DNA of 60,687 bases, filler included, from Catajapyx aquilonaris (taxonomy: Eukaryota), in assembly GCA_000934665.2 (NCBI GenBank). It is 2 parts of 2 records of this genome, joined end to end, with 100 filler letters (N's around TTAATTAATTAA, not from the genome) between each part and the next. Parts side by side here need not be neighbours in the genome. Positions count along the whole stretch, not along the records: positions 30,395 to 60,687 come from KZ539190.1; 1 more part is not named here. One strand, written 5' to 3'. Position 1 is the first letter of the stretch; each line of letters starts with the position of its first letter. The translations under genes were made by a program, and so were the position numbers. The notes beneath the pieces are model-generated. The model ran no database searches. It was not told where the DNA came from and saw only the letters and a program-made list of their open reading frames with translations. Shown here piece by piece: positions 47,470 to 60,687 of the stretch.

Positions 47470-48200
47470 CCCTTTTTTCCTATAAATAAAAAGGCAGACG
47501 TGCGATGGGCCAACCTGGGGTTGTTTTGGTCCCCAAAAAACGTGCAAAAAACACACTGTACTTGAAAGGAAGCCATATGGATATGTGCCAAAGTAGCAGC
47601 TGAGTAATAATGTATGTGTTGTGCCGTTGTGGGGAATATCCCATTGCTCACGAATAAGCTGCAAGTAAGCCCCGTACTTATCCTTGACTTTATCCTGGAC
47701 GGTTGGATAACACGTGCGATATGTTGATGGGCAGGAGGCATACCTGGCAGGCGCAAAGTTCTCTCCGTTCATTACCTTGTACTGAACTGTACAATTTTTT
47801 AAAAATAAATCAGGTGAAAATTATAGTCCACACTTCGCCTTGTATTGGACTAGGGCAGTTCACAACAGAGCAACATTGTCAACAATATGCTGAGTCGTCA
47901 CTAATTCATCTCGCGATTTGATAAGAAGGTATATAGTCTCAAGGACTTAAACGGTTGAATCACGTGGTAGTATTTGGCACAAGTCCACCCGCAAAAATCC
48001 GCTTTGGCCAGGGCAAGGAGAGTGTAAAATTAGGAAATGCATGTTATGTAGTGTTGCGGACAGCTCAGATCGACTTGGGTAAGGCGGAAGATCAAAAGGC
48101 GCCGACAGAGTGCTCGGGGAAATATTTGATATTGTCAAATTGTCGAAGGGGAATTGACCGTGCGACAACCGTAAGTTCCACTTATTGAATCGTTACATTA
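47470..48200 (-). mobile_element. Possible highly decayed non-LTR retrotransposon C-terminal fragment
   Basis: Broken minus frames give ..LVTTQHIVDN.. (zinc-knuckle-like) and ..QDKVKDKYGAYLQL.. (K..KY motif of restriction-like endonucleases). Confidence 0.25.
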
Positions 48201-48888
48201 AAAATTTGCATACATGGATATTGATACGTGAGACAACCTGTTGCTACAGGGTGCAATCTGCATGGGCAAGTACCACTTGATATTGCACGTTGCTCAGTGG
48301 AGATGGCGTTGTCTGGTTGGAACCGGGCCCAAACTATTCTTGACATATTTAGGAGCCGAATTGAGGCACCTGTCGCTCCAAACGAGCGCCTGAGTAATTT
48401 GTGCGGGATGAAAAATTAGAGCCATTTCATGACCGGATGATGCAATGCCCTCCGTGGTTTCCACACACGTGCGGTTTACCGTCTTTCGTGACCGACGACC
48501 TTGAAATCCGATTTAGAAACTCCTTTTGAAAGCGGTAAACACACAGGGGCAGTAAGCACACAATTACAATATCGCGTTGCATTCACTGGATATTCATACG
48601 ATGCAATCAAAGTTAATTGGAATTGAACGGCCGCCTATAAATAATAAGCCAGATGAATAAAGAGCACCAGTTGCAAATTTGCAGTCATTGTACTCGCCAT
48701 TTCCAGTCTCCGAATACGCACCATTTATTTCTACAAGTCCAATATCTCAGAAAATATGCAAAAAAAATGGCCATTCAAAAATATCCGTATGTGACACCGC
48801 CCTGGCTAATGAACCAGGTTTTTTCCCTTCTTTTCCCCACGTATAGATCATTCGTCCCAGCTGAAGTAGCCCTACTGGAGTGTGAAAA

Positions 48889-51800
48889 ATGGCGTTTATC
48901 ATGCAGAGAGCAATCACGATTTCCGCCACGCAGTTATTGCAGCGGCCTGCAGCTAAGTTGTGCAATAAATCCGTCTGCGTAAATTTGGTGCAACGTAGGT
49001 TTGTTTTATACTTGTGTGTTTCGTTCTTTTATTTCCTTTATGTTTTGTGTGGTTCATCCTCATTTTGAAATTGCACATTTTTTTTTGTCGATTCCTTCTT
49101 TGTTTGGCTGTCCCCGCGATGGGTGGTTGGGACACTATGGGAGCATGCCTTGCGCGGTTATTAATATGTAGGTCTGTCCACTGTCCCGCAGATTTCCATC
49201 GCAGCAACATGTCGCTGACACTCAACTCCCACGTGACGACCAACAAGCGGGTACTTCACAAGTACATGGAGCTTCCCCAGCCCGAGAACCAGGTACTGGC
49301 CACTTATATCTGGATCGACGGTACCGGAGAGTACCTGCGAAGCAAGACCAAGACCATCAACTTTGTTCCAAAGGACCCCAGTGGTGAGAATCAGGATGGG
49401 ACTAAATAAAAGGGATGTTCCCAAATGGAGCTGTCACAGCTCTCATCTATAGCTGTCACAGCGCGATTTTGCGCATAAAAGCTGCTTTGGGAGCGACTTA
49501 TTGTCGTCGCCATTTTATTACATGTCGATTCCTTTCCATCATCAGAACTTTCTGCATGGAACTACGACGGGAGCTCGACGGGCCAGGCGGAAGGCAGCAA
49601 CTCGGACATGTTCATGCACCCAGTGGCCATCTACAACGACCCGTTCCTCCTGGGCAACAACAAGCTGGTCCTTTGCGACACCTACAAGTACAACAAGAAG
49701 CCTGCGGAGACCAACCACCGCAAGTCCTGCCTGGAGGTGATGCAGAAGGCGGCCGACCTGCACCCGATGTTCGGCATGGAGCAGGAGTACACCTTCCTGG
49801 ACCAGGACAACCACCCCTTCGGATGGCCCAAGAACGGGTTCCCTGGACCTCAGGGGCCGTACTACTGCGGGGTCGGAGCCAACAAGGTCTACGGAAGGGA
49901 CGTGGTCGAGGCCCACTACCGCGCCTGTCTCTACGCAGGGGTGGCCATCTGCGGAACCAACGCGGAGGTCATGCCCGCCCAGGTCAGTCACTTCTTGACA
50001 ATAATAATTGAGAGTAGTTCGTCCTGACTTGTAATAATGTGGTCTGAATGATTCAGTGGGAGTTCCAAGTGGGTGTGGTGGAAGGGATCAAGATGGGCGA
50101 CGACCTGTGGATGTCCCGGTACCTGCTGCACCGCGTCGCTGAGGACTTTGGCATCCTGGTGTCCTTTGACCCCAAGCCCATGATCGGAGACTGGAACGGG
50201 GCCGGTTGCCACACCAACTTCTCCACAAAGACGATGAGGGACGAGAACGGCATCATGTGAGTCTCGACAGCATGCTTATATTGCCATTGCTGACGTCGGC
50301 GTTTTGTTTATACCACCTCTTATAGTCAACAGAAATCTCCCGAAGGCACCCCTGGAACCTCACATACACTTTTCAAAGTTTCCATGATGATGGAGATGCC
50401 CTCATGCAACAATGGGAGCAAGCAGAGTTCTTTTTTGTTGACACCGTCTACTCATATTGATATGAGAGGACATCTCCACCGGGCATCTCAATGGAAACTT
50501 GAAAAGTGTGAGGTTCCATCAGGGATGCGTTCGGCAGATTTCCCGGTTGAATATGAATTGAGTGGGTCAGAACTATAACGGCATATCCCACCCAAGGGTC
50601 GAATTTGAGTTTTTGGTGGCTGTGATTGCAAGATACATCAATGAATCAGTTCCATAAGTTGGAGCCAGCTTGGAGCCATACTTTTCTATTAAATTCACAT
50701 TTACATTGATATGACTACATTAAAAAGTATTATTCTGCACACATTTAAACCTCGGATATCTCAAAAACATTTGTGATTGGGATATGCCGTTATTACTCTG
50801 ACCCACTCAATTGGTATATATGCGAAACGATGACATCAATGGCAAGTTGGAGTGGCCTGCCTATATAAATGATATAAGCAACTGAACTATGGTTGATGTG
50901 ATAAAACAACTCGTATAATACATAACTTTATGTAGCTATAGCCAGGTCACAACACGAAAAATTATGCCAGCTTGTTTAAAAATAACTAATATTTCATGCC
51001 CATTTTTCGAATCACTCCGAGTCATGGCATTTGTGCCTTAAAGATATGTCGCCAATTATACCGGTTGCGCCAGATCGGATGCATATGCAACCGGCTATAA
51101 TTTATTAATTAAGGAGCTCAGATTTAACGGCTGTTGTTCCCTGTTGGCAGCCAATAATGAAACAATGAACAACAGCCGTTAAAATCTGGCTCGTGAAATT
51201 GTTCTTTAATGATTGTATCCGACCTTGTGCAACCGACACTTGAAAAAATATATTGTGTTTACTTTGTTCTTATGGGGCGATGGGTGTTTTGCATGGGAAC
51301 GAAAAGTCCCAGAATAATACGATTATGGCAATGCCAGGGGTCGAATCTTAATTTTTTTGTCAAGATGCAAAGTTTGCACTCTAGAATTTCATCTGGATTC
51401 TGGAGTGCAAATTAGACTACACACTCGGAGGGCTTAATTTTTAATTACCAGGTTTAGCCATTTAAAAAGCAGGTCCAACTGGAGTGCAAAGGTAAGTAGC
51501 ACTCCAAGGTTCAGTTTGGAGTGTACAGTACAGGGTGGCCCAAAAGTATGGACACATAAGTAATAATATGGCTGACAATATTGGTAGACTACACTGGCTA
51601 CCGCAACACTGTAATATTATTACCTATGCGTCCAGGATTTAGGATGACCCTGCAGATAACAATTTTGGAGTGTAAATTGCACCTTTCATCCGAATATTTC
51701 GACCCCTGCAATGCTCCGTGGATTACTACATGCTCGGTGCATCAACCTGTATGTACTGTACACATGCCCTTCAATTATTATCAATAATTATTGCCTTCCA

Positions 51801-52168
51801 GTGAGATCGAGAAGGCCATAGACAAGCTGTCCAGGCATCACATTCGTCACATCAAGGCCTACGATCCCCACGAGGGCAAGGACAACGAGAGGAGGCTGAC
51901 TGGGCTGCACGAGACCTCATCCATTCATGACTTCTCAGCCGGTATGCCAGTTGCCATTTATTTTGACAGCAGCACACATCAAAAAGGCTGACAACTAATC
52001 GTTGTTTTCCGTCCTTGAGGTGTTGCAAACCGCGGCTGCAGCATCCGAATCCCCCGGTCCGTAGCCGAGGAGAGGAAAGGATACCTGGAGGACCGCAGAC
52101 CATCTTCCAACGTGGACCCGTACCTGGCCACAGAAGTCCTGGTCCGCACCTGTTGTCTGGACGAGTAA
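48889..52168 (+). CDS. GLUL: Glutamine synthetase (GSII), copy 1, with predicted mitochondrial presequence (~407 aa; ~366 aa from internal ATG 49209)
   Basis: Exons 48889-48994, 49192-49383, 49546-49982, 50057-50256, 51802-51941, 52020-52168; [61 protein letters not shown]. Confidence 0.95.
50556..50812. mobile_element. MITE-like element in GS copy 1 intron
   Basis: AATTGAGTGGGTCAGA..TAACGGCATATCCCA ... TGGGATATGCCGTTA..TCTGACCCACTCAATT. Confidence 0.8.
51119..51188. repeat. Short hairpin in GS copy 1 intron
   Basis: CAGATTTAACGGCTGTTGTTC ... GAACAACAGCCGTTAAAATCTG. Confidence 0.7.
51335..51708. mobile_element. hAT-like MITE, same family as 2626-2854
   Basis: TIR CAGGGGTCGAA / TTCGACCCCTG flanked by repeated CAATGC; GGAGTGCA repeats; contains a TACAGGGTGGCCCAAAAGTATGGACA Tc1-like end at ~51529. 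Confidence 0.75.
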
Positions 52169-55100
52169 AATGCATGATTTGACCTGGCCCACTTTGCGAT
52201 GTCGTCCTGCAAATGGCCTGTCCGTTAACACAAATGTCGTCCGCTCTTGTCTCTGTTAATTACTGTCTCTGATGATGATGGACCACACGGACGCCCCCGA
52301 GTCATTTCCCTCTATATTCTTTCCCAAACATATAACACAGTATATGCAATGTTAACTGAAGGAGGCAATGACGAGGGTGCAAGATTCGATGCATTTTTTT
52401 AAAAAAGAAGTAGTCTACACCAAGGAAGACCTGTAGTTTTTGAAAAAATTGAGATTGTAAATGATGCGATTATGCAACCTCCCCCCTTTACTCTTTAAAC
52501 AAAGTTTTTTTTTTCTTCAGAACGAATGTTACTTTATGATGAACGCCATATTTGCAATTTTGCAGAGTTTGAGGCATATTCAAACTTGTTGTGTAAATGA
52601 ATGTGTGCATATCAACTTGACTGCCTATTACATGTTCACTTGTAGAAAATATCTTTTTTCGTCACGAGGAAAAAGTTTTTCTTTTTTCAGTGGAAGTGTA
52701 GTCGTTTGTTGAGCGTTTCAGATGTTGTACATCCGTCTCCATATCACGTGTCATTTTGTCAGTATTCAGAGTCTTTCTGCTGGCGAATGAAACGGAACGA
52801 GTCATTTCAGTACGACAATAAAAAAATAATTTTTGTTTGGTATAGTTTAATGCACCCGACTTCTTATTTGACGTACACATTACATGACGTCACTCTGCTT
52901 ACACTGTCTGATAACTAGGTATTGTTTTATTATTTCGCAACCTTGTTGTCGGTTTGGGTCTATTTCACTCGAACACATAACACGGACGTTATGACGACTA
53001 GGATTACGTAGAACTGGTTTATTTTGAGACACGGGGGTTTCTGCAGTCTGTGGAACCGGTTTGCACAGGTTGATGCCTAATTCCCAGAAAAATGCTGCGG
53101 ATAATATAGATAGATGAATACTCCTTTGACCTCGGTTGTATGATTAATATTGTCAATCACTCGTACCCGGTACCTTGATCTAAATTTCAAATCGTCACCT
53201 GTTGTGTGACGAACCATTGTGGAGAGTCGCAACAATTAAGACGAACCAGTGAGAAAAATTCAACCTGAAGTTTCCATTGCGAGTCATGCAAATGCTTGGC
53301 ACACACACAAAAAAGGGGAGAGACAGCACGACGATTGACAACACTTCCTGTTGTCGCACATCAGCAAAATGTATAGTTACCTCATCTTACCTTATCCACG
53401 CTCTGGCGACTCAACACGAGGCTAAACCAACTAAGCGTCCTTCCTACGGAACTGTAATTGCGATTCTTACGAATCTGCCCCGAGGAAGTAGTAATTGTTG
53501 GGGATAGCATTGCATGCTGCGTAAGCGATTTGCCTGGAGAGGACCTACACACATAAATCAAGGGGGACAAGTTTATTACCGGTTCTCTTTTTCAAGGGAG
53601 GTGACATGTGAAGATTTCGTAATCGACATTTTGTAGTTATAGGCTGGTGTAGAGTCACGTAATAATGTTATTGTTCACGGGCTATGTTATCTGCGCGGTG
53701 TAGGTTATGCTCCGGCTGACTGCTGAGTAGACAGGCGTGTAATGAAGAAATTAGAGATAGGGAGTATCATTATTTTGTCCCTGTTTGTAACTGCGCTTGA
53801 AACGACCATGGAGTGACCATTGGTTTATAACCCTGCATACATGATATCGCAGTGTGCTGCAACTCTCCTGTCGATTAATTATCAGCCAGCACAATATATG
53901 ACCGTATCTGGCCTGCGATACTTAAAAAAAATACCAAACACTGCCTGAAAATTAATCTAAAATAATGTGATGGGTATTATAATTATGAAGCGACTCTGAA
54001 TTAAAATATATTTCAAGATTTCAGCCCAAGGTCAGAAGTATAGCCTATCTTAGAGTGATGTCATTTGCTCCTTGTTTTTTTTTTCCAAACGATTCACTGC
54101 GCGATTGTATAATTAGGTGGTGTGCATAATGACACATGCGTGTAGCCTACTTAATTACAAAGAGTAGAGCACAATAACATATGACTAAGAATTAGCTAAC
54201 TTTTTATACACTTCGGCTCCTTCTGTATATTATTGCCAGTTCAGAGCGGCTTGCTATAAAAATTATAATCATCCGAGTAATTACTTATCCCATTTTTCTC
54301 ACGACATTTTTCTACCCTGCAATATTTTCCTCATACAATATATTAACGTCTTGCTCCGGGTTCAGCATTCGATAATAACCGTGCAATATGCTGCGAGTCC
54401 AATGCAATAATCAGGCGCAATGCGTGGCAATAAAGCCATCGAATTAATCAGACGGTATGAACAGCTAGCCTGATTTACGAAACGTATATTTTTTTTCTGG
54501 AGGGGAACCCTGCTCATCCACCGATTAGTCATTGTGGCTCGGCTGTGGAATGTAGGACGAAATAACCGCCTAAAACTGGACCCTTTTTGCTGCCAGGTCG
54601 GCGCCTCACCATGCCCCAACAATACCGGCCTCGACATGACCTTCAGTCAGCAGGTATAATAATGTGCATGCAACCTTGATGCTCACAATCCTCTTTGTTG
54701 CGCATTGCACAAATATTTATCATGTCCCATTTCGGGACGAATCGGATGCAATTATTTCAACCCTCAGTTAATTACACGACAGTATATAAACAATTTTTTA
54801 TATATATTACATACCGCCGATCTTCAAAGCCTCGTTATATGCATACCCATGATGTGACAGGTCTGGGAAGAGGGCGTTTGAAAAAACAAGCTGTCAAGGC
54901 GAATCACGACATCTTGTTAGCCGTCCATGAAGTCAAATTGCGCCCCCATTCTTCCGCAGTTTCCGGCGGCTCCCTAAAATGTGACGTAACTCCCTGTAAA
55001 CGCGATGTGCTGTGAACATTATTTTTTACGAGTGCTTTTTCGACTACTTTTGTGTCATTGGACCGCACAATCACGATCACCGAAATTCTGAGGGACAGCC

Positions 55101-55228
55101 AGCCAATAGGCCGGCTCGGTGTTGCAACGTCCCCCGACTCTTTAATGGCTCTCCCACCATCATAGCTCCCATTCAACAACCTGGGGTGGTATTAGTACAT
55201 TTACCCACAGACCCCGAGGTTTTCCTCT

Positions 55229-55313
55229 TCAGTCGCACACCAGCTCTCCACCAGGAAAGTTCCTCCTCAAAAGCTCTCCTATCATCTCTCTCTCTCTATC
55301 TCTACGTACGCAA
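55229..55313 (+). promoter_or_regulatory. Probable transcription start and non-coding first exon of GS copy 2
   Basis: CCAAT at ~55102, arthropod initiator TCAGT at 55229, donor AAG|GTAATT at 55313; matching acceptor at 56384. Confidence 0.45.
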
Positions 55314-56406
55314 GGTAATTGTTGTTGACCACTCCCCAAACCCAATATATTTTCGGGGTCAAAACAATCAGTAGCTTTCACCTGTTGGTATAGGGGGCAA
55401 GGGGACGGATTTTTTGGGAAATTTCAAGGGGGGGACCGTTAGTTGGAAATGTGGTGACCTGTGAAAGAATTTGTGGTGAGACAAGTTTCTTGGAGCTACA
55501 GTGTAGTTGGAAACAAAACGTCAAACTTTGTGGTCAAATTTTTCCCCATTTTTTTCACAAGGGTGTGTTGCATGTTTACTTGGGAAACCTGTGTTACGTA
55601 CGTAATTACATCCATAACAGCTGGCAGTATTGTAGATTTTTTGTGCGCTTGTTCCTCTCCTATAGTATTGTTTGAGTGAAATGGATAATATTTCAGTGGG
55701 AAATGCACAATTGCTTAGGAATGCGCGGTAATGCGGTATGTTGACGTGTTGAGACAAAAGGAGTGTATCGCTTTTTCAGCCAGGACACCTGCAGTCATTG
55801 CAGTGTGTGCGTTAGTCATATGGAGCTGAATGCATCAAAATGTGAAACTCGGGCAGATTAGCCAGTGACCATATATATTCTTGGGGGAAAAAAATCTGCA
55901 TCCCGAGAGTGATATCAGCCTAGCATTTGCACTTTCCAAGTTCATTGGTGGTGACTAGATCCTATAGGACATGGGGACAATTGGGCTAAAATTTCTCCTG
56001 AAGTGTTTGTACTGGTGGATAAAATTTTAATGCATTTTTGCGGCACATAGCTAAACTTGTTCGTAATTGCAATTTTTATAGAACTGAGTGATTCTGCTGT
56101 ATTATTTAACCTGTATTGCCCATTTGTGTGGTATGCTTAACATTGTTGCTAAGCCAACATCTCGGAAATGTATTTTAGTACCGCAATTGGCAGGATCATT
56201 ATAGTCACGTGTGGTGCACGTGGAGCTTCTCGCCAAACATGGACTAAAAGGCTGATCGCAACATCATCGCCAAACTTATTTTTAGCCGCGTTCCCATCGT
56301 GGCCAACAAAGAGTCAAAAAATGATACGCTTATTTCTGTGATTGCCAAACTGGAGTTGACCACACCCAAATTTTCTCCCAACAGGTGCGAGACCAATTTT
56401 TGAAAG

Positions 56407-59069
56407 ATGACGGCCACGGGCGGACACGAGACCAACAAGACGGTCATGGACAGGTACATGGACCTCCCTCAGCCGGACAACCACGTCCTGGCCACGTACA
56501 TCTGGATCGACGGTACCGACGAAGATCTTCGGTGCAAGACCAAGACATTGGATTTCGTGCCCAAGAAGCCTTCCGGTAAGTTTTCGGGTGTGACGATTTC
56601 TCCAAAAGGTGGTGTTGAAAGAGTAGTTAAATGCCTCCTAGTCTTAAATGTCAGCACTTCCTTTCGACGTGACATGCCGACAGTGTACGGTAGTTGTAGA
56701 GCTGTGCTTGCTGGCATTGTCGACCGATTAGTATTTCCGCCGTTGCAGGTATTTCCTAAACGACATTTTGACCGGGTGTTAAACCAACTAACGTCTGTTT
56801 TCCGCTGGTTTTCCACATTTTTCCAAGGTCGTGGTTTTGTGTGTGAAATAGCTTCCATTCCAGGTAATGCGCAATGACTCGTGACAATTCGTGACATTTG
56901 ACTTAGATCCGGTTGCATGAATGCAACGCCGATTAAGCATTAACAATAATGATCTGTTGCTTGAAGGCAAATTAGGCAAATGCTTAACAGTTCATGCATT
57001 ATTGCACATTGTCCTCATACAACTGGGAGTCTGATTGAATATGGTCCCACTGGATGCTGCGTCGTTACTTGCGATAAATCAACTGCGCATAGGATATCCA
57101 CGTCATCTTTTGTGGATGAGGGAAGTGTATTTCTCCAGCCACAAAAAAAACGTTAATTACGACCTTGACTGTGTAATCCACCTCACATGCGGCACGGAAT
57201 GTAAGCGACAAGAATTGTGCGCGTCCTATTTTCATGTCCTTTAAAGAAAAAAAATGAAAGTCCACCCTGGACGTCTCAAAGGTCCAATTATTGGGACTAG
57301 AAACCATCAGGTGGAAACAAAAACAAGTAGTAATTAGCTTCTGCAGGTATATTTTCCCAAGGACGAGGTAGCGTGTAGCAGTGTCTGTGGCAAGGTGATG
57401 TAACACATGCTTTTATCTGCCTGGAATTTGAAAATCTGCCGACTATAGTAAGAGATTGATATGAAATTACCATTTGCATTATGGCCAAGGTTATGGCTTC
57501 TCCCACAATAAAATCTGTAAACATCTGTTAGTATGCATCGGAGCAAACTCATGCTGCAATTAGTGGCAATGCAGTATTTCTTAGTTTTGAAGAGTTTCCA
57601 AAATCTGATTGTACTTGGTAATATTTATGAAATGTGGACGTTGCATAAGCCAGATTGGGCACGTAACTGCCTACACCTTCCTGTAACGGGGCAGCCTTGA
57701 AGAGCCAATTGTTGCTAATGGAGTAATAGCACCCTTTCATAATCACAGCTCCGGCCATTTAAATTAATAGCGGGCCTTCCACTGGGGCAAGTTTGGTGTG
57801 ATGGTTAGGGAAGTCCTGCAAGTTCAACCGGCTTGCAGTAAAAATGAGGAAATTAATTTTTTCAGATCTTCCCGTGTGGAACTATGATGGAAGCTCCACG
57901 TACCAGGCTGAAGGCAGCAACTCTGATGTGTACTTGTATCCTGTGGCGCTGTACAATGACCCATTCCTCCGGGGCAACAACAAGCTGGTCTTGTGTGAGA
58001 CATACAAGTACAACAAGAAGCCTGCGGAGACCAACCACCGCAAGACTTGCTTGGAGGTGATGCGGAAGGTGGCTGACCACCACCCTTGGTTTGGGATGGA
58101 ACAGGAGTACTCTCTTATGGATCAGGATGGTCATCCCTATGGCTGGCCCAAGGGTGGGTTTCCCGGACCCCAGGGACCGTACTACTGTGGAGTTGGAGCC
58201 AACAAGGTCTACGGGCGAGACATCATTGAGTCTCATTACCGTGCTTGCTTGTATGCTGGCGTCAAGATTTGTGGGACCAACGCTGAAGTCATGCCGGCTC
58301 AGGTACAAATGCTTCGGTTCTCATGTTGGGCCCTGTACACATTAAAGCTCGATTAAACATAATTTTACTAATTTTCACTCCACAGTGGGAGTTCCAGATT
58401 GGCCCATGCGAAGGAATCCAGATGGGAGATGATTTGTGGATGGCACGTTATCTGCTGCACCGTGTGGCAGAAGATTTCGGTGTGGTGGTCACCTTTGACC
58501 CCAAGCCCATCCCAGGGGACTGGAACGGGGCTGGATGCCACACAAACGTATCGACTAAGGCCATGAGAGAGGAGGGCGGGATAGGGTAAGGACATGACAA
58601 ATAACTTTCACCATAATTGCAAGAAATTGAATGCGAGATAATTACTGTGGGCCGATTTCTCTTGCAAGGCAGGAAAGGTATTCTAGTGCATTGACTTTTA
58701 ATGAACTCTTCTCAGAGAGATTGAGAAGGCAATTGAGAGGCTCTCTCAGCACCATGACCGACATATCAAGGCATATGACCCCAAGGAGGGGAAGGACAAC
58801 ATGCGGCGCTTGACTGGACGCCACGAAACCTCGTCTATCAATGATTTCTCTGCAGGTCACACATCTCACGTCTACACATGCGCAGTGTCAAGCACTTATC
58901 GACTTTATATATTCTTGCAGGCGTGGCCAACCGTGGTGCCAGCATCCGCATCCCTCGTTCATGTGCCGAGGAGAGGAAAGGATACTATGAAGATCGCCGG
59001 CCCTCCTCCAACTGCGACCCATACAAAGTCACTGAGGTCATCATGCGCACCACTATCCTTGGCGAATAA
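56407..59069 (+). CDS. GLUL: Glutamine synthetase (GSII), copy 2, predicted cytosolic (~364 aa)
   Basis: Exons 56407-56575, 57866-58302, 58386-58585, 58716-58855, 58921-59069; catalytic motifs intact; in-frame TGA two codons upstream of the ATG; AATAAA at ~59272. Confidence 0.95.
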
Positions 59070-59402
59070 GCAACATGACAAGACAGAAGTAGCCATTTGT
59101 GTATTAGTTTTTAACATAGCAATGCCTTGAACTGACCAGAGCTCTGTAGCACTGCTCTTTTAACCTAATTTGGATCATGATGCAATAAGTTTTACCTGGA
59201 AATCCAGAACAAAGATTTTTCGCAGTATTTTAGGAACGAAGATGAATAATTGCTAATGTATACGGAAGGAAGAATAAAGAATGACATTATGATGGAAAAC
59301 TCACTTTTTATGCATGCGAATTTACAGCCCCAGTTTAAATTAGGTTCACATTGGTTTTCTTAAAGGGGAGGAGTTCCAAGATGTGTTTAGATTTTGCAGC
59401 AC

Positions 59403-59709
59403 TCATTTTTTAGGTCTCTGCTGGGCTTCACCAAGTTGGTGCTGCAACTTGTTCAGTGTTTCCCTCTGGGTGTCCTGCTTTTTCTCCATCTCTTCCACCA
59501 TCTTCTCATACCGTTTCCTAGTTTTAATAAGAGTGTCAAGACCACTGATGTTTTTCAGTGGCATGCACCAGAAACAATACTTACAACTCGCCGGATATGT
59601 ATTCAATCCTCTTGCCAACGGTCTCCTTGGCTTCTGCAAGGTCCTGCTTGAGCAGAATGGGCCCCACCATTTTATAGACTACAGCATCTTTTTTAAGAAG
59701 ATTGAGCTC
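59403..59709 (-). CDS. PFDN6: Prefoldin subunit 6, last two exons (5' exons not identified in window)
   Basis: Exons 59709-59585 and 59517-59403: ELNLLKKDAVVYKMVGPILLKQDLAEAKETVGKRIEYISGELKRYEKMVEEMEKKQDTQRETL. Confidence 0.9.
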
Positions 59710-60228
59710 CTGTGTAAGGACACGCCATTAGAAATTATTACACATCATTTAAGTTAGAATACCCCCATGAGTGGAAGTTCCACAAGAATGAACACACAGT
59801 TGACCCCTTGTGACTGATTCTCAAGGAACTTCTGTTGCAACCTTGATTAGACATCCTGTACCAGTTGGTTATTTTGCTGGCACAAACAGATGGTTAATTT
59901 TTTGACATCATGCATATTTATAAAAATGCAAAAAAGCTTATGTATGCCACAAAAAGGACCCCCTCCTAAATTGTTTTTACCATGCTAGCAATGATTTGCC
60001 ATTTTGAAGCTCTCACACACACAGACAAAATTGTTATTGCTGTGGCGGATGGTCAGGTGACTCGAGACATGAACCGTGTATTTTGGAGTTTTGAAAATAT
60101 GTGTTTCAACATTGCAATGGATGTAACGATGAATATTCCTAGATCCACAAAAAATTGATTGGCAGATGTAAAAAATTGAGCACAATCTCAAATTGCCACA
60201 AGTGGTTTTCTAGGTCAGAGCCCTTTAA

Positions 60229-60668
60229 CCCTTAACTACGTAGGTGGAGCCTGAGAGGCTCCAACGGTATATTTAAATTTCTGCTTATCAACTAAATTGT
60301 TATATTGGACTTTTCACATACAGAAAGTGCAGTTCAGATCATTAGGCTTCCGATAACGTAAAAATCACACGCTGAGTCAGCATATTCCGACAGGGAAAAA
60401 TTCTTAAAAGGTTACATCATGTGTTTGAGCCGCTCAGGCTTCACCTGAGATATAGAGCCTGAGCGGTTCCAGGAGGGACCTGTTCCTCGTTACGAATTTT
60501 TTTAAACCAAATAATAGGGACTAAAAAAAAATTTTCTTTCCTTTTCATGCTTAGGAAGATTTTTCTGACAAAGTCATGGAAGGACAGGGGAAATAAAATT
60601 CAATGAAAAAGTTACATGCGTTTAAATAGTGCTTGGAGCCTCTCAGGCTCCACCTACGTAGTTAAGGG
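60229..60668. mobile_element. Non-autonomous piggyBac-type MITE
   Basis: TTAA TSD on both sides; 36-bp perfect TIR CCCTTAACTACGTAGGTGGAGCCTGAGAGGCTCCAA; internal GAGCCTGAGCGG repeats. Confidence 0.92.
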
Positions 60669-60687
60669 TTAAAATGCCAGCGAATCA

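Noticed and set aside
59805..59880. Upstream PFDN6 exon (..SRLQQKFLENQSQ..)
   Set aside because: Only vague similarity, an in-frame TAA and a weak donor.

Overview
Eukaryotic, almost certainly arthropod (pancrustacean-like) genomic DNA with short introns; most of the supplied ORF track is exon fragments or antisense noise. In order: (1) the 5' end of an irritans-type mariner; (2) two tandem intronless divergent ionotropic receptors (IRs); (3) a three-exon 'headless' integrin-beta stalk gene with a GPI-like tail, downstream of (4) a complete 10-exon betaPS-like integrin; (5) a head-to-head tandem array of five intact and two decayed small four-TM genes (DUF4728/LAPTM-like); (6) a third IR broken by a 10-nt insertion and flanked by a ~1.4-kb direct duplication; (7) nested transposable elements (SINEs, hAT, Tc1/mariner MITE, Helitron end); (8) an artificial scaffold linker; (9) two tandem intronless BC-box-like LRR genes; (10) two tandem glutamine synthetases, one with an unlisted upstream exon encoding a mitochondrial presequence; (11) the 3' exons of prefoldin 6 and a piggyBac MITE. 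The most novel candidate is the truncated integrin-beta paralogue, which lacks both the ligand-binding head and the cytoplasmic tail. All exon models were derived by eye and no database searches were run.
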